From a virus, in IMG/VR virus record IMGVR_UViG_3300026183_000930, positions 32,001 to 96,000 of that record: DNA of 64,000 bases. One strand, given 5' to 3'. Under the pieces are notes generated by a model, which searched no databases, had not been told where the DNA came from, and was given only the letters and a program-made list of their open reading frames with translations. A program made the translations under genes and the position numbers. This document shows positions 1 through 9,537 of the stretch, in pieces (the stretch's first letter is position 1; every line of letters begins with the position of its first letter).

Positions 1-1457
1 CAATCACAGTTTTAGAAGATTCTAAAATTTTGTTTGCGGCACATTCAGAAAGATATTCTAGAATCAAAAACGATGAATATTTAAACGAACAAATAGTCAA
101 TGATGCATTACAGTATGGAATACCAGAAAAAATAATTTGGTATGAAAAACCTTTGCTTAAGAAAACAAGACAGATATATGCTGGACAATGGTCTGAGGCT
201 CTGTCAAATAAAAACTTACCAAAAAATTATTTGAAACAGTTTTTTGATTTTATTGAACCAATGCCCAAAATAAAATATGTTCCTCATCACCAAAGTCATG
301 CGGCCGCTGGTGCTTACACTTCTCCTTTTAACAAAGCAACAGTTGTGGTACTAGATGCTATTGGTGAATGGGACAGTTGCAGTGTTTGGAAATATGATAG
401 AAGTAAAACTGTTAGTCCTTTAAAAAAATTAGAATCATCTAGATACCCACACAGTTTTGGATTACTGTATTCGGCATTTACTCAGCGTTGCGGACTCAAA
501 CCCAACGAAGAAGAATATATTTTAATGGGTATGTCTGCTTATGGCAAACCAATTTATGCTGATCAAATAAGAAAAGATTTCATTGAAAATGTGTTTCCTT
601 TTAGATTAAAAATTAATCCTCATGCTGGTATTGGTAATTATTTGCCAGAAGCATCAAACGAAGATCTTGCAAGTTCAATACAATTTATTGCTGATGAAGT
701 CATATTTAGATATGTGTCTGCCGCAATTAATTTAACAAAAGAACGTAATTTAATTTTTATGGGCGGTGTTGCACTTAACTGTTTATCAAATAGAAAACTG
801 TTAAACATCTGTGACAGTATATGGATTATGCCTAACCCGGGTGATGCTGGTAATTCATTAGGTGCCGCCTGTTTAGAACACGGACCAGTTTATTGGGAGT
901 CACCATTTTTGGGAACAGAAATCAAAGGTGAGTATCCTGTTGATGAAATCATACAAGAACTAACAAAAAATAAAATATGTGGAGTAGCCAATGGTCGTGC
1001 AGAGTTTGGGCCAAGAGCATTAGGCAATAGATCATTACTTGCTGATCCACGTGGATTAGAAATCAAAGACAAAGTAAATGAAATCAAACGCAGACAAAAG
1101 TTTAGACCTTTTGCACCAAGTATTCTATCTGAACATCTCAGCGATTACTTTGATGTAAACACAAATCAAAGTCCATACATGCAATTTATTGCTGATGCTA
1201 AACCTAATACAATAAAAGAAATGCCAGCAATAATACATGCCGATGGTACTGCTAGAGTACAAACAGTTTCACAAAATGACAATCCAGGATTTAGAAAATT
1301 GCTTGAAGCATGGTATGAAAAAACAGGTTGTCCAATGTTATTAAATACTAGTCTAAACATTAGAGGAGAACCTCTAGTTAACAATGAACAAGATGCAGAA
1401 GCGTTTGAAAAAAAATATAACGTAAAAGTTTTTACAAAAGGAGTTAACAATAAATGA
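1..1457 (+). CDS. Carbamoyltransferase (NodU/CmcH/TobZ family); probably begins upstream of the window
   Basis: Motifs HHQSHAA, DAIGE, EYILMGMSAYG, GGVALNC, GRAEFGPRALGNRS, FRPFAP, LNTSLN. Confidence 0.9.
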   Translation, partial: ITVLEDSKILFAAHSERYSRIKNDEYLNEQIVNDALQYGIPEKIIWYEKPLLKKTRQIYAGQWSEALSNKNLPKNYLKQFFDFIEPMPKIKYVPHHQSHAAAGAYTSPFNKATVVVLDAIGEWDSCSVWKYDRSKTVSPLKKLESSRYPHSFGLLYSAFTQRCGLKPNEEEYILMGMSAYGKPIYADQIRKDFIENVFPFRLKINPHAGIGNYLPEASNEDLASSIQFIADEVIFRYVSAAINLTKERNLIFMGGVALNCLSNRKLLNICDSIWIMPNPGDAGNSLGAACLEHGPVYWESPFLGTEIKGEYPVDEIIQELTKNKICGVANGRAEFGPRALGNRSLLADPRGLEIKDKVNEIKRRQKFRPFAPSILSEHLSDYFDVNTNQSPYMQFIADAKPNTIKEMPAIIHADGTARVQTVSQNDNPGFRKLLEAWYEKTGCPMLLNTSLNIRGEPLVNNEQDAEAFEKKYNVKVFTKGVNNK

Positions 1458-2719
1458 AAAAGAAAGTTGCAATGATAGGTGTTGGCAAACTAGGTGAACC
1501 TTGTGCTGAAGCCATGTCAGAATATCATGACGTTGTAGGTTATGATGTATTACCAAGAACACCAAAGTTTCCAATCAAAGAATCAATTCAAGAAGCAGTG
1601 GCTGATAGAGATCTTATTTTTATTGCCGCTCCTACACCTCACAATGCCAAGTATGATGGAAGACATCCTACAGCACACTTAGACAACAAAGATTTTGATT
1701 ATACTATTGTAAAAAACATTCTTAAAGAAGTAAACAAATTTGTAAACAAAAAACAGTTGGTAATTTTAATTTCAACAGTGCTTCCAGGCACAGTAAGAAG
1801 AGAGCTTGAACCATTGATAACAAATGCAAGATTTGTTTACAATCCATATTTGATTGCCATGGGCACAGTCAAATGGGATTTCTTAAATCCAGAAATGGTC
1901 ATGATTGGCACAGAAAATGGATCAGAAACTGGTGATGCCAAAGAACTTGTAGACTTTTATAAAACCATGATGCAGAATGATCCAAGATATGTTATTGGCA
2001 CATGGGATGAATGTGAATGTATCAAAGTATTCTACAACACATTTATTTCTGCAAAAATATCATTGGTAAACATGATACAAGATGTTGCTGAAAAACAAGG
2101 CAACATAAATGTGGATGTTGTTACCAAAGCACTTGCTGATTCCGATCAAAGAATTATGGGACCAAAATACATGACAGCAGGCATGGGTGATGGCGGCGCT
2201 TGTCATCCAAGAGACAATATTGCACTGCGTTACATGGCAGAAAATTTAGGACTGGGTTACGATTTGTTTGATGCTGTAATGAAAGCAAGAGAAATACAAG
2301 CAGAAAATCTTGCTAAGAAATTAGTCAGTTATGGCAATCCTGTAATTATTGTTGGTAAAGCATACAAACCAAATGTCAAATACATTGATGGATCTTACAG
2401 CATACTTGTGGGTCATTATGTAGAACAAAATGGAACACAACTGTATTATCATGATCCTTTGTGTGGAGAAACTGCGCCAGAAACAGCAGGACCATACACT
2501 TACTTAATGGCACATGATCCATCAGTTTCGTTCTTGATGAGCAAAAAACCCACCGAGGGTGAAGATATCAGCATAGCATTTCAACCAGGATCAGTCATTG
2601 TTGATCCATGGAGAAAGATGAAATCAGTGGATCAATGTCAAGTGGTTTCATACGGTAACACAAGAACTGACAAAAAGCCTGAGCTAGTAGTACTGCCTGT
2701 TAATAATAAAACAGCATAA
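1454..2719 (+). CDS. UDP-glucose/GDP-mannose dehydrogenase family protein
   Basis: Rossmann GVGKLG, STVLPGT, catalytic-type GGACHPRD, GKAYKP. Confidence 0.88.
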   Translation: MKKKVAMIGVGKLGEPCAEAMSEYHDVVGYDVLPRTPKFPIKESIQEAVADRDLIFIAAPTPHNAKYDGRHPTAHLDNKDFDYTIVKNILKEVNKFVNKKQLVILISTVLPGTVRRELEPLITNARFVYNPYLIAMGTVKWDFLNPEMVMIGTENGSETGDAKELVDFYKTMMQNDPRYVIGTWDECECIKVFYNTFISAKISLVNMIQDVAEKQGNINVDVVTKALADSDQRIMGPKYMTAGMGDGGACHPRDNIALRYMAENLGLGYDLFDAVMKAREIQAENLAKKLVSYGNPVIIVGKAYKPNVKYIDGSYSILVGHYVEQNGTQLYYHDPLCGETAPETAGPYTYLMAHDPSVSFLMSKKPTEGEDISIAFQPGSVIVDPWRKMKSVDQCQVVSYGNTRTDKKPELVVLPVNNKTA

Positions 2720-2727
2720 ATACTAGT

Positions 2728-3849
2728 ATGAAATACATTGAGCTAATCACAGAAGCCCCAAATCCTGACAAAGAACAGGCACAGCGAGACTTAGATAGAC
2801 TGAATTATATCAATACCTATCTAAAAAACAATCCTGCTGAGTTGGGTAGATTTCACAAAGCACTTAGACAAAAAGAAAGAGAACAAAAAGTTGCCGCAGG
2901 AGATATGGATGCTGATGATATTTTACCAAAATTAGATCTAAAAAGAACTGATCCAGAAAGAGATCACAAGCCTCTTGTGAAACGTTTCATTGAAGCCATG
3001 GTACAAGCAGATGGTGATGAAGATGACATGATTAACTTTGTTAACACTTATGGCAAAGTCAGTTACATAGACACAGAAAAACTAAGAACTGAAGGTGCAA
3101 GACAAGATATTAAATCATGGTTAGGCGGACGTGGTGAAGTGAGTGATCAATTCATTTACAGTTTGTTTTCTAGTTTGTTTCCAAAAGACTCTTATGGTGG
3201 TCCAGGAGAAACTGCCATGGCATTGTTATCTCCATCAATCACAAGACCAGAAGGCAACAAAGGTGACTTAATTGTTGACAAAGTCAAAGTAGAAGTCAAG
3301 GGTGAAGATGCCAAGGGTGGAGGAAGATTTAAAGATGAAGCCACAAGTATTGGTACTCCTGACATCAAACCAATATATGCCAAAGTGTTAGCCAAACAAC
3401 CAGACATAAAAGTTGACGGACTTGATTTGCCAACATATGACAGAATATCTTCCAGCACAAAAGACAAAGTTATTAAGAACAAGTTTCCATTATTAAATGT
3501 TGCAAGAGCAATTGATCTTGTTGACAACAAACTAGCAGATGACTTTATGAAAGAAATGTTAACAAAAACATTTGTGAAGTCAGCAGAAAACTACAGCAGT
3601 TTGTTTAAGAACTGGAGACAGATGAATCATGCTCAGTTGAATCGTGCCGCAACAAAAATGAGCTATTTGAATTACAAAACAGAATTAGATGCCAAAGGTT
3701 TTGAACACATTCTGTTAATTAACAAACCAAAAGCAGTGTCACTATATTTTAATACAAATGACTTTGATACAGCAAGAGAGCTATTTAAGTTAGGATCAGT
3801 AGACTTCGGTGACAAGCAAAACATGGGCGCCGCCCAAGCATCATTGTAA
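2728..3849 (+). CDS. Hypothetical late protein, possible PD-(D/E)xK-like domain
   Basis: 373-aa ORF, ATAAATA 5 nt before ATG; GPGE...GDL...VEVKG pattern. Confidence 0.55.
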   Translation: MKYIELITEAPNPDKEQAQRDLDRLNYINTYLKNNPAELGRFHKALRQKEREQKVAAGDMDADDILPKLDLKRTDPERDHKPLVKRFIEAMVQADGDEDDMINFVNTYGKVSYIDTEKLRTEGARQDIKSWLGGRGEVSDQFIYSLFSSLFPKDSYGGPGETAMALLSPSITRPEGNKGDLIVDKVKVEVKGEDAKGGGRFKDEATSIGTPDIKPIYAKVLAKQPDIKVDGLDLPTYDRISSSTKDKVIKNKFPLLNVARAIDLVDNKLADDFMKEMLTKTFVKSAENYSSLFKNWRQMNHAQLNRAATKMSYLNYKTELDAKGFEHILLINKPKAVSLYFNTNDFDTARELFKLGSVDFGDKQNMGAAQASL

Positions 3850-3899
3850 TCGCTAAAACATAGTATAAAGTCTAAGATTTTAAATTAAATAATAATGTT

Positions 3900-4634
3900 A
3901 TGAAATTACGAGATTACATTCTAGGTATACCTATCTTTATAATATTGATGTATATCATCATAACCAAAGTGCTATTTGGCAGTTCATTACCAGAATTTCA
4001 AAAAGCAGAAAAGACTTGGTTAACCTTTTCTAGTTACAATCGTACTGATATTGGTAATTTATCATTAATGAATCAAAGAGGATACGGAGTATATCCTGCT
4101 GAACCAATTGTACATTCGTGGGAAATAAAAAACAACAGTAACCAAGAGTTTCACGGCATAGTTAATTTAATTTTAGAAAAGCAAGATAACTCAATAAAAA
4201 TGTATTACACATTTAACAATTTGAGAAACGAAATAAAAATACCTCCAGGGGCAACAGTACGTGTCACATTACTTGGATATCTTAATCCAGAAATTTTATT
4301 AACTGATAAACTTAAAAACTATTACAATAGATCACTATCAATTAGTTTAGTTGTACATGATATAAATGAGTATGATACCTTTTATTGGGACTCTAGAAGT
4401 TATTATTTTGCACATGAACATTATAATACAGAAACAGATGATTACAAATTAGCATCAATTCAATTTATTAATGAAACATGCAGTCAATTAAAAGAAAAAT
4501 ATGCTGTAAGATGGAATATACAACCAAAAATTTGTTACAACAGAAATCAAGATAGTAACGTAAGCAATGTAGATGTTAAAGCAGGATCATCACCTGCAAG
4601 ATCATCACCTGTACCAATGTCAGTTCCTTATTAA
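3900..4634 (+). CDS. Hypothetical protein with N-terminal membrane anchor
   Basis: 244-aa ORF, hydrophobic N-terminus. Confidence 0.6.
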   Translation: MKLRDYILGIPIFIILMYIIITKVLFGSSLPEFQKAEKTWLTFSSYNRTDIGNLSLMNQRGYGVYPAEPIVHSWEIKNNSNQEFHGIVNLILEKQDNSIKMYYTFNNLRNEIKIPPGATVRVTLLGYLNPEILLTDKLKNYYNRSLSISLVVHDINEYDTFYWDSRSYYFAHEHYNTETDDYKLASIQFINETCSQLKEKYAVRWNIQPKICYNRNQDSNVSNVDVKAGSSPARSSPVPMSVPY

Positions 4635-4639
4635 AACAG

Positions 4640-4903
4640 TTAAACTATTTCTTCAACAATACCTAATACTTCTGCTAAGAATAACACTGCACCAGCCAGC
4701 ATCATAAACAATCCTGAATCAGCAATAAAAATATCTGAATACATGTTTGCTGACCACAAGACATAACCTGCCCAGCCTAACAATCCTGATGCTACAAATC
4801 TAAAAATGCTTTTGATTATACTAACTGAAAAATGACCTTTGCCTGGATCTTTTGTTGCGATTTTCATTTTGATTTTATCCATTCTAAGAAATGACTTTAA
4901 CAC
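4640..4903 (-). CDS. Small membrane protein (true start may be a downstream Met, MDKIK or MKIAT)
   Basis: Two hydrophobic helices, ends LGIVEEIV. Confidence 0.6.
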   Translation of the reverse strand: MLKSFLRMDKIKMKIATKDPGKGHFSVSIIKSIFRFVASGLLGWAGYVLWSANMYSDIFIADSGLFMMLAGAVLFLAEVLGIVEEIV

Positions 4904-5122
4904 TACTTGGAAGGCCTTGCTGTGAACTCACCTCCAACTTTCGGATAGCAGATCACATCTATAATTTTGCAAGGTTTAGATATGAAACCTACTTCCAACC
5001 ACCTCCATCTAAACCGAGCCACTTGGCCGCTTAAAAGACTTTAGTGTGCATTACTCCCCTGCCGAAGAGTTATTCTGCCACAAGTGCTAAGAATTAATTA
5101 CTTTCTTAGTTTGTGTTAAAGT
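4894..5122 (-). ncRNA. Putative structured, pseudoknotted ncRNA (~230 nt)
   Basis: Closing 10-bp helix ACUUUAACAC/GUGUUAAAGU, several internal helices, UUGGAAG/CUUCCAA pseudoknot, promoter placed to start at the 5' helix. Confidence 0.65.
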
Positions 5123-5129
5123 TAATAGT

Positions 5130-5158
5130 AATATAACACAAGAGAGTATTCTTGTCAA
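5130..5158 (-). promoter_or_regulatory. Sigma70-type promoter driving the putative ncRNA
   Basis: TTGACA-N17-TATATT with extended TG. Confidence 0.75.
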
Positions 5159-5171
5159 CCTTTTTTTTAAA

Positions 5172-5330
5172 TTATTTTTTAAATGGATTTAAGCCTTTGA
5201 TCTTGTCTGAAACACCTTTTGTGGCCTGTTTAGTTTTGTTGGCCATAGATTTAGTCAAACCTTTTGCTTTGCCTGTGACATCTGGCATTTTAGGCATTTT
5301 GATCTTGGGCATTTTAATTTTATCAAACAT
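5172..5330 (-). CDS. Small basic hypothetical protein (MFDKIKMPKIKMPKMP..., 52 aa; not in ORF track)
   Basis: Translated by hand; AAAGGA RBS upstream. Confidence 0.5.
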   Translation of the reverse strand: MFDKIKMPKIKMPKMPDVTGKAKGLTKSMANKTKQATKGVSDKIKGLNPFKK

Positions 5331-5611
5331 AATAAATTCCTTTATTTGAAGTTGTATTTATTTCAGTTTTTTATCTTTTTGTCGTTGTACCACTTTTTCA
5401 ATTGGGAATAGAACCACATTTTTATACTGTAACAAACTGATTCTCCACTTTAAATACTCAATATATTTCATTGCTTTTTTATTTATAATAGCACTTTTTG
5501 AAGATAAATAAATGGTGACGATATATAATTAAATCAAAGGTTGCAAAAAATTAAAAAATATTATATAATACGATCTGTTTTTAAAAAAATCCAAAGGAAA
5601 GGAATAATAAT

Positions 5612-6547
5612 ATGAAAAAAACAATAGCAATCATCGTGGCGGCAGTCGTGGTAGTATTAGCATGGCTATTTTGGCCATCAAAACCAGCTGAAGCATCTGA
5701 GATTGAAGTTGGCAGTGCCCAAGTGGAATTCTACGGTACTTTGAACTACAAACTCAGCAACGACGAGAATTCAAGTGGTAACACTTATACCAAAGCCGAA
5801 AACAACGGTTCAATTCTAGGAGTGAATGTGTCTGAATCAATCACAGACGGCATTTCTGGTTTTGCTACAGTTGAACTAGGTTTAGATGCTGATGACAGCA
5901 ACAACAATCCATTAGACTCAAGACTGGCTTTTGCTGGTATTGACTTTGGAACAATTGGTGCCATTTCAGCAGGTAGACAAGCATCACCATTCACATCAAA
6001 TGTATCTGGTCACACAGACGTGTTTGAAGTGTACGGTTCAGGTGCAGACCAAAGTTTATTTGTACGTGACACAAACACTATTGCATACAGCAATAAAGTT
6101 GGTGCACTGACATTTGATGGTTTGGTCAAAATAGATGGCTCAACAGGTCAAGACGGTATTGATGTGCAAGAAGGCACAGTGTCAATATCAGAAGGCATGG
6201 TTTCAGCATCAGCAGGTGCTTCAAGAGACAGAGTCAATGATATCAACTATTATGGTGCAGGTGCCACAGTGGATCTAGAAATAGCCACAGTTGGTTACAC
6301 TCACACTATCAAAGATGCGGCAACAGACGTTACTGCCAATGAATACATTGTGTCAAAAACAATTGATGCAACCACATTCACAGGCGGCTACGGCAAAGTT
6401 GAAGATTCAACAGCCTACTACACAGCAGGTGTATCTCACAACTTTAGCGAACAGTTGTCATCATATGTGGAATATCAACAGCAGGACAACACCGGTGCCA
6501 CACTGGACACTGAAAGTTATTCAGCTGGTATCAAGTTCACATTCTAA
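5612..6547 (+). CDS. Gram-negative porin
   Basis: Signal peptide, FYGTLNY, SRLAFAGI, GAISAGRQ, C-terminal YSAGIKFTF; strong RBS. Confidence 0.88.
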   Translation: MKKTIAIIVAAVVVVLAWLFWPSKPAEASEIEVGSAQVEFYGTLNYKLSNDENSSGNTYTKAENNGSILGVNVSESITDGISGFATVELGLDADDSNNNPLDSRLAFAGIDFGTIGAISAGRQASPFTSNVSGHTDVFEVYGSGADQSLFVRDTNTIAYSNKVGALTFDGLVKIDGSTGQDGIDVQEGTVSISEGMVSASAGASRDRVNDINYYGAGATVDLEIATVGYTHTIKDAATDVTANEYIVSKTIDATTFTGGYGKVEDSTAYYTAGVSHNFSEQLSSYVEYQQQDNTGATLDTESYSAGIKFTF

Positions 6548-6577
6548 TACATTCTAATACATTGTGATAAAAACATT

Positions 6578-6603
6578 AAAGCCCGCTCCGGCGGGTTTTT
6601 TTG
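6578..6603 (+). terminator. Rho-independent terminator after porin
   Basis: GCCCGC-TCCG-GCGGGT followed by T-run. Confidence 0.8.
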
Positions 6604-6609
6604 TGGCTG

Positions 6610-7704
6610 TTATGAATTACTGATAATATTAGTTAATGTTTTATTTGCTGTGCAATGCAATAAACACACTGTACATTTGTCATGATGACCAGCAAAACTG
6701 TCAGGCAACCATTTTGTATAGAGATCATGTTCAAGCATGTCGAGGATAGTGTTGCTTTTACTGAGTTGATTGAAATTTAATTTGTACATTTTATCAAACA
6801 TGGCACTCCAATCTTTCCATCTGCTTCTACCATATTTCCAATTACCTTCATCTTCTACAGCCCAAAAACAACAAGGCCACAGTTTGCCCCATTGATCCAC
6901 AAACAGATAACCTTCTTTGGTTGTTCTACAGTCTATGGAAACAGATTGATCTTGATCCAGTGTGTGCCATGATTTGGCTTGTTGTTCTATTTTTGCAGGG
7001 TCACTAGCTTCTGCTGGTTTTATGGTAAAACCTTGTTGTTTGATTTTTTGATCCACTTTGTTTATTTTGGGTGAATATTTTTTAGAGTTCACATTTATTG
7101 TGCTGTCTGGTTTTGAAAAACGATTGCTCACAACAGTGGAGAACTGTGTGAATCCCATTTTTTTAGACAGCTCACGTGCCTGCTCCACTTGATGCTGATT
7201 GTGATCAAATATGATGTACTTCCATTCAGCCTGACCTCCAGCATCTATAAACGCCTGTGCGTTGGCCATTATGCGATCAAAGTCAGTGTTGATTCTGTAC
7301 AATGCATTTGTGTCTGCCAACCCATCGATGCTGAATCTTATTGTGAAATTGTTTTTGTGTGCCAGTCTACGATAGAATTCTGGTGTTCTTGCACCACCGT
7401 TTGTTTCCATAAACACATCTTTGTAGTACTGCAACCCAATGTCTATTATTTGTTCTATGTTGGCATGACTGACTGCATCGCCAGTGGTACCACAGAATGA
7501 TGCTGTGATGTTGCCAGCATGTGAACCCAATCCCTGTGCTATGGTTTCAAACAGTGCAGGCGATATGCTGGTCAAATGCAATTGATTTGTATCTCCACTG
7601 TGTTGCCATTCCAACATCTGTGTTCTAGCACAACCCGGACAACCTGCGTTGCAACGATTTGTTATGTTGAATTCTATGTAGTTGATCTGTTCCGGAGCAA
7701 TCAT
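6610..7704 (-). CDS. Radical SAM protein with C-terminal Cys-rich (SPASM/twitch-like) domain
   Basis: CNAGCPGC, ETNGG, FSIDG, PCC, CxxC. Confidence 0.85.
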   Translation of the reverse strand: MIAPEQINYIEFNITNRCNAGCPGCARTQMLEWQHSGDTNQLHLTSISPALFETIAQGLGSHAGNITASFCGTTGDAVSHANIEQIIDIGLQYYKDVFMETNGGARTPEFYRRLAHKNNFTIRFSIDGLADTNALYRINTDFDRIMANAQAFIDAGGQAEWKYIIFDHNQHQVEQARELSKKMGFTQFSTVVSNRFSKPDSTINVNSKKYSPKINKVDQKIKQQGFTIKPAEASDPAKIEQQAKSWHTLDQDQSVSIDCRTTKEGYLFVDQWGKLWPCCFWAVEDEGNWKYGRSRWKDWSAMFDKMYKLNFNQLSKSNTILDMLEHDLYTKWLPDSFAGHHDKCTVCLLHCTANKTLTNIISNS

Positions 7705-7738
7705 TCTATACGTATTTATTGATTATGTAAATACTGTT

Positions 7739-8026
7739 ATGAACAAACAACAAGTGTTAGACAGTTTAAAACAGTTGATTCCTTATCGCAAGTATCAAAA
7801 CGAAGGCCATGAAGCAGTGCATATTGCTGACACCATAGGACCCGATCGTGTGTTCAACGACAGATCCATCTGTGCTTTGATCAGTGCTATCCATGAAATC
7901 ACTGACGATCCAGACATCAAGCAGTTGGCACTGGAAGCCATATGGATGTCAGGTCGTATGCACAAATCCATACGTGAAGCCAAACACAGCAATGACATAT
8001 GGCCCGATGTTCTTCGCGACGATTAA
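7739..8026 (+). CDS. Hypothetical protein (start MNKQQ)
   Basis: GTAAATA-N5-ATG at 7727-7741. Confidence 0.6.
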   Translation: MNKQQVLDSLKQLIPYRKYQNEGHEAVHIADTIGPDRVFNDRSICALISAIHEITDDPDIKQLALEAIWMSGRMHKSIREAKHSNDIWPDVLRDD

Positions 8027-8460
8027 CCACACAAGGCCCTGCCTTGTGTATGTGCGGAGTTTACTCTGCACTTAGGCCTCTCGGCGGTTATCAGGAGTAA
8101 GAGGCATCCAATTTCCTTTATTCTACTAGATCGGGCAGGCCAACGGTGCAAGAGATATCTCTCAAATCTAGTCAACCGCACACAGGCTACTCAGAATACC
8201 TTCTAGTCTAGAAGTCATGATCCAGATTCCATAGATTTCAGTCACTGTTGTCACAGTAGTCAAAAGTACTAACCCTGCTGTCAGACTTGCTGTAAGGTGC
8301 TTAAAATGTGTTTAAAAGGTGTTTTTAACGTGTATATATGCTAGATCATTCTTCACAGCCTCTCAACGGTGGGTCACGCTCAGGAGGGCGTGGTGGGTTT
8401 CCGCGGCGTTTTCACATACATTGCTCTCTTACAATAAACGGGGTCACATACAATTGGTCG
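8027..8460 (+). ncRNA. Putative large structured RNA or origin-like element between convergent genes
   Basis: GC-richer, many hairpins with G-U pairs favouring + strand; 5' TGTATGTG pairs with 3' CACATACA. Confidence 0.4.
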
Positions 8461-8464
8461 TATG

Positions 8465-8668
8465 CTATTTGCTGAGCCTGTTGACAATACGATCATGTGA
8501 TGACACTTTTTCAGTTATCACATATCCTTTGGCTCCGTTATATGGGTTCTGCATATAACTTTCATTAGTCCAATAGTGTTTTAAGAAAACAAAATTGCCA
8601 TCAGATAGTTTTGTTGGATACCAAGCAAATGCTTTCTTCCATCTTGATCGCAATTGTGGAAGATTCAT
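8465..8668 (-). CDS. Hypothetical protein
   Basis: 67-aa ORF, FAWYPTKL motif, in minus-strand run. Confidence 0.6.
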   Translation of the reverse strand: MNLPQLRSRWKKAFAWYPTKLSDGNFVFLKHYWTNESYMQNPYNGAKGYVITEKVSSHDRIVNRLSK

Positions 8669-8678
8669 AAATTGAAAA

Positions 8679-8834
8679 CTAAATTTTCCAACTTTTCAAT
8701 TGGTCTTTAGTAGGCTTCATTGGTTTGAGCTTTTCTATTTTGCCACCTTTTTCCAAAAACTTTTTCATCTTTTCATCTAATTGACGTTGCAGTTCTTCTG
8801 GTGATGGTTTTACATAGTCTCTTTTAATTGTCAT
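8679..8834 (-). CDS. Small protein with SutA-like RNAP-binding motif (51 aa; not in ORF track)
   Basis: MTIKRDYVKPSPEELQRQLDEKMKKFLEKGGKIEKLKPMKPTKDQLKSWKI; overlaps HIT gene stop. Confidence 0.55.
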   Translation of the reverse strand: MTIKRDYVKPSPEELQRQLDEKMKKFLEKGGKIEKLKPMKPTKDQLKSWKI

Positions 8835-9271
8835 AGCTTTTTATTATTTAGTGTGCTGAGTGTGGCTTCCACAATTTCTTCAATTGAATATTTGCCATAC
8901 ATCTTTTTTTCTAATTCTTTATCTACTTTTTTGTAATTGCCTTTTTCTGGAATAACATGTCTAACTCCGCCTCTTGGGTCTTCCATGTCTCCTTTACGTC
9001 TTGGAATCAAATGCACATGTGGCCACATCACAGTTTGCCCTGCTTCTGCTCCAATGTTCTGTCCTATGTTGTAACTGTCACAATAACCTTTTTGTACCCA
9101 ATCATAACCCCAAGCATAGGCGGCTTTGTAGCATTTACTTAAATGTTCCCAGTCTTCTACTTTAGGAACAAACAACACATGACCTTCTGTGACCGGAAAT
9201 CCATCTTTGAACACTGTGTAATCTCTAGTGTCTATTACAACGTCTTTCCAAGGTATGTCTTTGAATTCCAT
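8831..9271 (-). CDS. HIT family nucleotide hydrolase
   Basis: AGQTVMWPHVHLIPR, GHVLFVPK. Confidence 0.92.
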   Translation of the reverse strand: MEFKDIPWKDVVIDTRDYTVFKDGFPVTEGHVLFVPKVEDWEHLSKCYKAAYAWGYDWVQKGYCDSYNIGQNIGAEAGQTVMWPHVHLIPRRKGDMEDPRGGVRHVIPEKGNYKKVDKELEKKMYGKYSIEEIVEATLSTLNNKKL

Positions 9272-9537
9272 TATTCAGTTACCTCAATTATCTTTTCTAT
9301 TCTAAAAGCTCTCCAACCTTTTGCATTTACATCCCATACACTCAGTGTTTCAGGTTTTGGTTCTTTGTTGTTTTGTTTGCTTTGAACTTTGGCTGGTTCT
9401 GGTAACAAACTTTCTTGTAGAGTACAAGTCATTTCTCTAAACTCTCCATTCAGTTTGTTAAACTTAACAGTTATTGTTCCTTGTTTTAATTTTTCAATCA
9501 GTTCAGATCTTTGTTTTTTAATTTGTTCTATGTTCAT
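9271..9537 (-). CDS. WYL_2/Sm-like (DUF2693-type) phage protein
   Basis: VKFNKLNGEFREMTCTL...VWDVNAKGWRAFR. Confidence 0.75.
   Translation of the reverse strand: MNIEQIKKQRSELIEKLKQGTITVKFNKLNGEFREMTCTLQESLLPEPAKVQSKQNNKEPKPETLSVWDVNAKGWRAFRIEKIIEVTE

Noticed and set aside
8027-8460. tmRNA (including two-piece), RNase P RNA or glycine riboswitch
   Set aside because: No tRNA-like acceptor/T-arm, no GAGGAAAGUCC, no tandem glycine consensus found on either strand.
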